Positions 60,731-64,000 of a stretch of 64,000 nt of DNA are shown piece after piece; positions within the stretch are counted from its first letter, which is position 1; every line of letters starts with the position of its first letter. This DNA is from Phoronis australis (Eukaryota > Animalia > Phoronida): the NCBI GenBank assembly GCA_002633005.1, contig NMRA01000054.1, positions 252,952 through 316,951 of the forward strand. Direction: 5' to 3'. Both the position numbers and the translations under genes were made by a program. The notes below the pieces were generated by a model. The model ran no database searches and was not told where the DNA came from. It was given only the letters and a program-made list of their open reading frames with translations.

Positions 60731-62477
60731 TAAGAGCAACGCGGAGCGTTTAAATGCGCCCACGAATGCACCGCAAACTGAGTGCTTCTAGGGTTGTTTA
60801 TTTGTTTCATAAATTTAGCCACAAGAGGGCAAAAAAAAAACATCCAATCCATCTGAAAATGGGTACATGCCGTCGCTACTTTAATAGAAAGCTATTTAAC
60901 AAATTTCATAAAAATCTGTCAAGGAACTTCAGAGAAACAAAGGAAAACAAAAAATAATGAAATTGCCACTTTGTGACACAGCCTTCATTGGATCTGCCTG
61001 AAAGACGTCGCCATCTGTTGTTAGCTTCATATCAATAGAATAAACTAAATTTAATAAAGATCCTGCAGTGAGTTAAGGAGATGCAGCTATGGGCACAAAA
61101 CAAAACAAAACAAAACAAAACTACCACTAGGAGGCGCTACAGTAGTCGAATGCCTTATTGTCAACCGTCCTCTTTAGACTGAGAACGAAAAGCATACACC
61201 AATTTTCAAAGTCATCCTCAGAATGGTTTGGTTGATCAAGTGGTGGACACCAAAAACAAGACTCGAAAACAGGAATAATGGCCACTAGGTGGTGCAAAAG
61301 TTCCTCGCGGGAGGATAGCATCATCTCACCAATAAATGCCTGTATTCCAAACTTTCTGGTAATCCGTTGAGAACCTTTGAAGATACAGAGGTAAGCCTAA
61401 AAAATGAAAATTGCCAATTCTGGGCACACTGGTTGTCAGATCCATCCGAAAGTTGTTGTCATCCGTTGTTAACATCATATAAATACAAAGATGCTGCAAA
61501 CTGTTTAGGAGATACAGCCATGGGCGCAAAAAAACAAAAATGCCACTAAGAGGCGCCACAGTAGTCGAAGTCATTGGTAAATCATCGTCAGCTTCGTAGT
61601 AAGAACAAACATGCCAATTTTCATTATCATCCTTAGTGCGGTTTGGTTGATAGAGGGGTGGACACCAAAAAACAGACTAAAAACAGTAAAAATGGCCACT
61701 AGGAGGCGCAAACTACATCAAATCCATCCGAAAATGAGAGGATAGCTTCATCGCACTAATAGGTGCCTATATTTCAAATTTTATGAAAATACATTGAGGA
61801 CTTTTGAAGATAAAGAGGTAAACGTAAAAACATAAATTGCCACTAGGGGGCACACCGGTATTCAGATCTGTCCAAAAGTTGTCGTCATCCCTTATCAAGA
61901 TCATATAAATATGCTTGCAGAATTTAGTAAAGATCCTGCCAACGGTTTAGGAGATACAGGCATGGTCGTAAAAAGAGACAAAACTGCCAATAGGAGGCGC
62001 CATAGTAGTCGCAATTTTCGGAAAATCATCGTCAACCATCCTCTTCATAATAAGAACATACATGCCAATTTCCACAATGATCCTTAGAGCAGTTTGGTTG
62101 ATAGAAGGGTAGACTCAAAAACAGCAAAAATGGCCACTAGGTGGCGCAAACTACGTCGAGGCCGTCTGAAAATGAGAGGATAGCGTCATCTCACTAATAG
62201 GTGCCTATATTCTAAATTTCATGAAAATACCTTGTGGTCCTTTGAAGATACAGAGGTAAACGTAAAAAAACTAAAATTGCCACTAGGGGACACACCGGTA
62301 GTCAGATCCATCCAAAAGTTTGCTCATGCTGTCCCATCCATGACAGGAACATATGTGCAAATTTTCATGAACGTACAACAAAACGTTTTGGAGATACAGG
62401 AGCAGACGCCGGACGGATGCCGGACGGACGGAGATGACGGCATAATGCGTCCACATATAAATATGTGGGCGCATAAC
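60731..62477 (+). mobile_element. HINE/Helentron-like element with the longest internal array, copy 3
   Basis: Same 5' end (aagagcaacgcggagcgtt), about 435-bp higher-order unit repeated, ggacggat/ggacggacgg microsatellite, 3' hairpin atgcgtccacatataaatatgtgggcgcat. Confidence 0.82.
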
Positions 62478-64000
62478 AACGAAATGGTGATTTCATCTTG
62501 AATATTTAGTACATTCAAATGAAATGTGGTCAATATGTAATGCGTTGTTTTGCAATGAATATTATCTTTCCTTCAAGCTAAATTTAACAAAAGAGACATG
62601 ATCACATGACCCTGCCAATTAATAGCAGACTGACATAAAATCAAATTCAATCTGTAGACTTTCTTCTTTAAGAAAATATTCACTTCTAGTGACTAGTTAA
62701 AATCAAGAGTTTTAGAAATGTGGCTAAATACACACAGCTTGTTGATAGTGTTCTATATAACCTTAAGATAGCATGAAGCACTCGCATTTACTGAGACTAT
62801 TGAATGGGGCTATTCGGAAAATTTACATCAACTAGAGGGCGCGCGTGTACTAGTGGTGATAGATCAACAGCCTTGATCTTGTGAGCCCTTTAAATACATG
62901 CTGAAATTGCTTGCAGCCATGCCAACTGTTTTCGAGATTGCGTGAAAAGGGTGCTTCTGTGAGAGAAAGTGAGCATGACATTATACAAAGGTAAGGTTTG
63001 TGATTATTTTACCGACTATTCCATTTTTGTTCTACTGATGCCTGTTAACTGAGGTACTCGCCGATGTCGACTGAGCGGCAGTCGCCAGTCGGGTTAATCT
63101 TTGTTTGTTGCGATGTGTGTTGCGATACTTGATGTAACACTCGTGATCTTTTCGTACAGCAAAGCAGTATTATTGTTTGGAATGATTTCTAACAGGTTTA
63201 TCAGTGACAGTTACTTCTATGAATGCTGAATGTTTATGCTGTTAACAAGATATTGGTTAGTGAGTTAAAATTACAATCCAAGCCCAATGCCATGGCAAAG
63301 GGTACGTGACAAGTCAAATATCCATTAGACTGTCTTTGGAAATCTATTACACGTAGAAATGGAAATCTATCATGTCTGTTTTCACATGACCTTTGGTTTT
63401 TAGGTTTGAGGGCTTGTACCAAGTACCGTGCAGAGGAGATATGCATCGCTTCTGCATCAACCCTGAATGGACAAAAATTGGTTTTAAGCAGTTGACTGCA
63501 GCTAATCAGCAAGATCTTCCCATCCAGTGCAGATCTGATGTCAAAGCCTATTTTCTACATCGGTGACAACGAACAAGCTTTGTAACTCCTTTCTCTTCCC
63601 ACAGCATTTCCATACACCAGCAGTACTGCATGGCACAATCTACAAGTCAGTGGCCCTGGAGAAATGTGAATGACAGTACGAAGTTACCATAAGACAATGT
63701 GCCAGTGGATTGTTTGTGTATGAAGAGGAGCTATATCTGACTGCTACACAAGTCAGCCTCGTTGGTGAGGATGCTCTTTCATAGGCAATAAGTCATGTGT
63801 GTACAATAGCTTATTTCCTTTCCTGGCAGAAACATGAGGGATTGAAGCTAAAGAAGACCTAGTGACACTCGGGTCTAGTTCAGGGTCAGATTTTGGGCAC
63901 AAAACGAGTGAAGTGATATGCTGCTGTGTTTACCTTCAAGGATCTAATTGTGGACGTTATTGAGGATGAATGAGGTTACATGAAAGAAAGCCACGTGCCG

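Noticed and set aside
59851-64000. Further CI-MPR exons (domains 1-4 and signal peptide)
   Set aside because: No CIMR-motif exon with suitable splice sites was found, so the 5' part probably lies beyond the window.

Overview
This is AT-rich, intron-containing animal DNA, not prokaryotic. The neuropeptide type points to a lophotrochozoan invertebrate, which is an inference. Two protein-coding genes lie tail-to-tail. (1) On the + strand, the last coding exon (8556-9491) of a multi-copy neuropeptide precursor carries ten QLDxLGGGNIHG (FCAP/orcokinin-B-like) repeats followed by seven PFDRIGHGFDSFG (pedal-peptide/orcokinin-A-like) repeats. (2) On the - strand, 35 exons (59850 down to 14718; 5744 coding nt, about 1913 aa) encode a cation-independent mannose-6-phosphate receptor (IGF2R/CI-MPR orthologue). 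They run from MRH domain 4 through domain 15, the transmembrane helix and the sorting tail. All exons were read by hand with GT-AG borders and consistent phases; the 5' part of the gene was not found and probably lies beyond the window. Domains 8 and 11 carry the complete Q-R-E-Y sugar-binding signature. In mammals domain 11 is the IGF-II site and domain 8 is not a known lectin site. Domain 13 lacks the vertebrate FnII insert, and a phase-1 intron sits at that position. Introns and intergenic DNA hold a 4.3-kb TIR element, several MITEs, three HINE-like repeats carrying CTCF-like motifs about every 145 bp, two LINE 3' fragments, SINE-like copies and mini/microsatellites. Comparisons with human IGF2R and with peptide families come from recalled sequences and were not computed.
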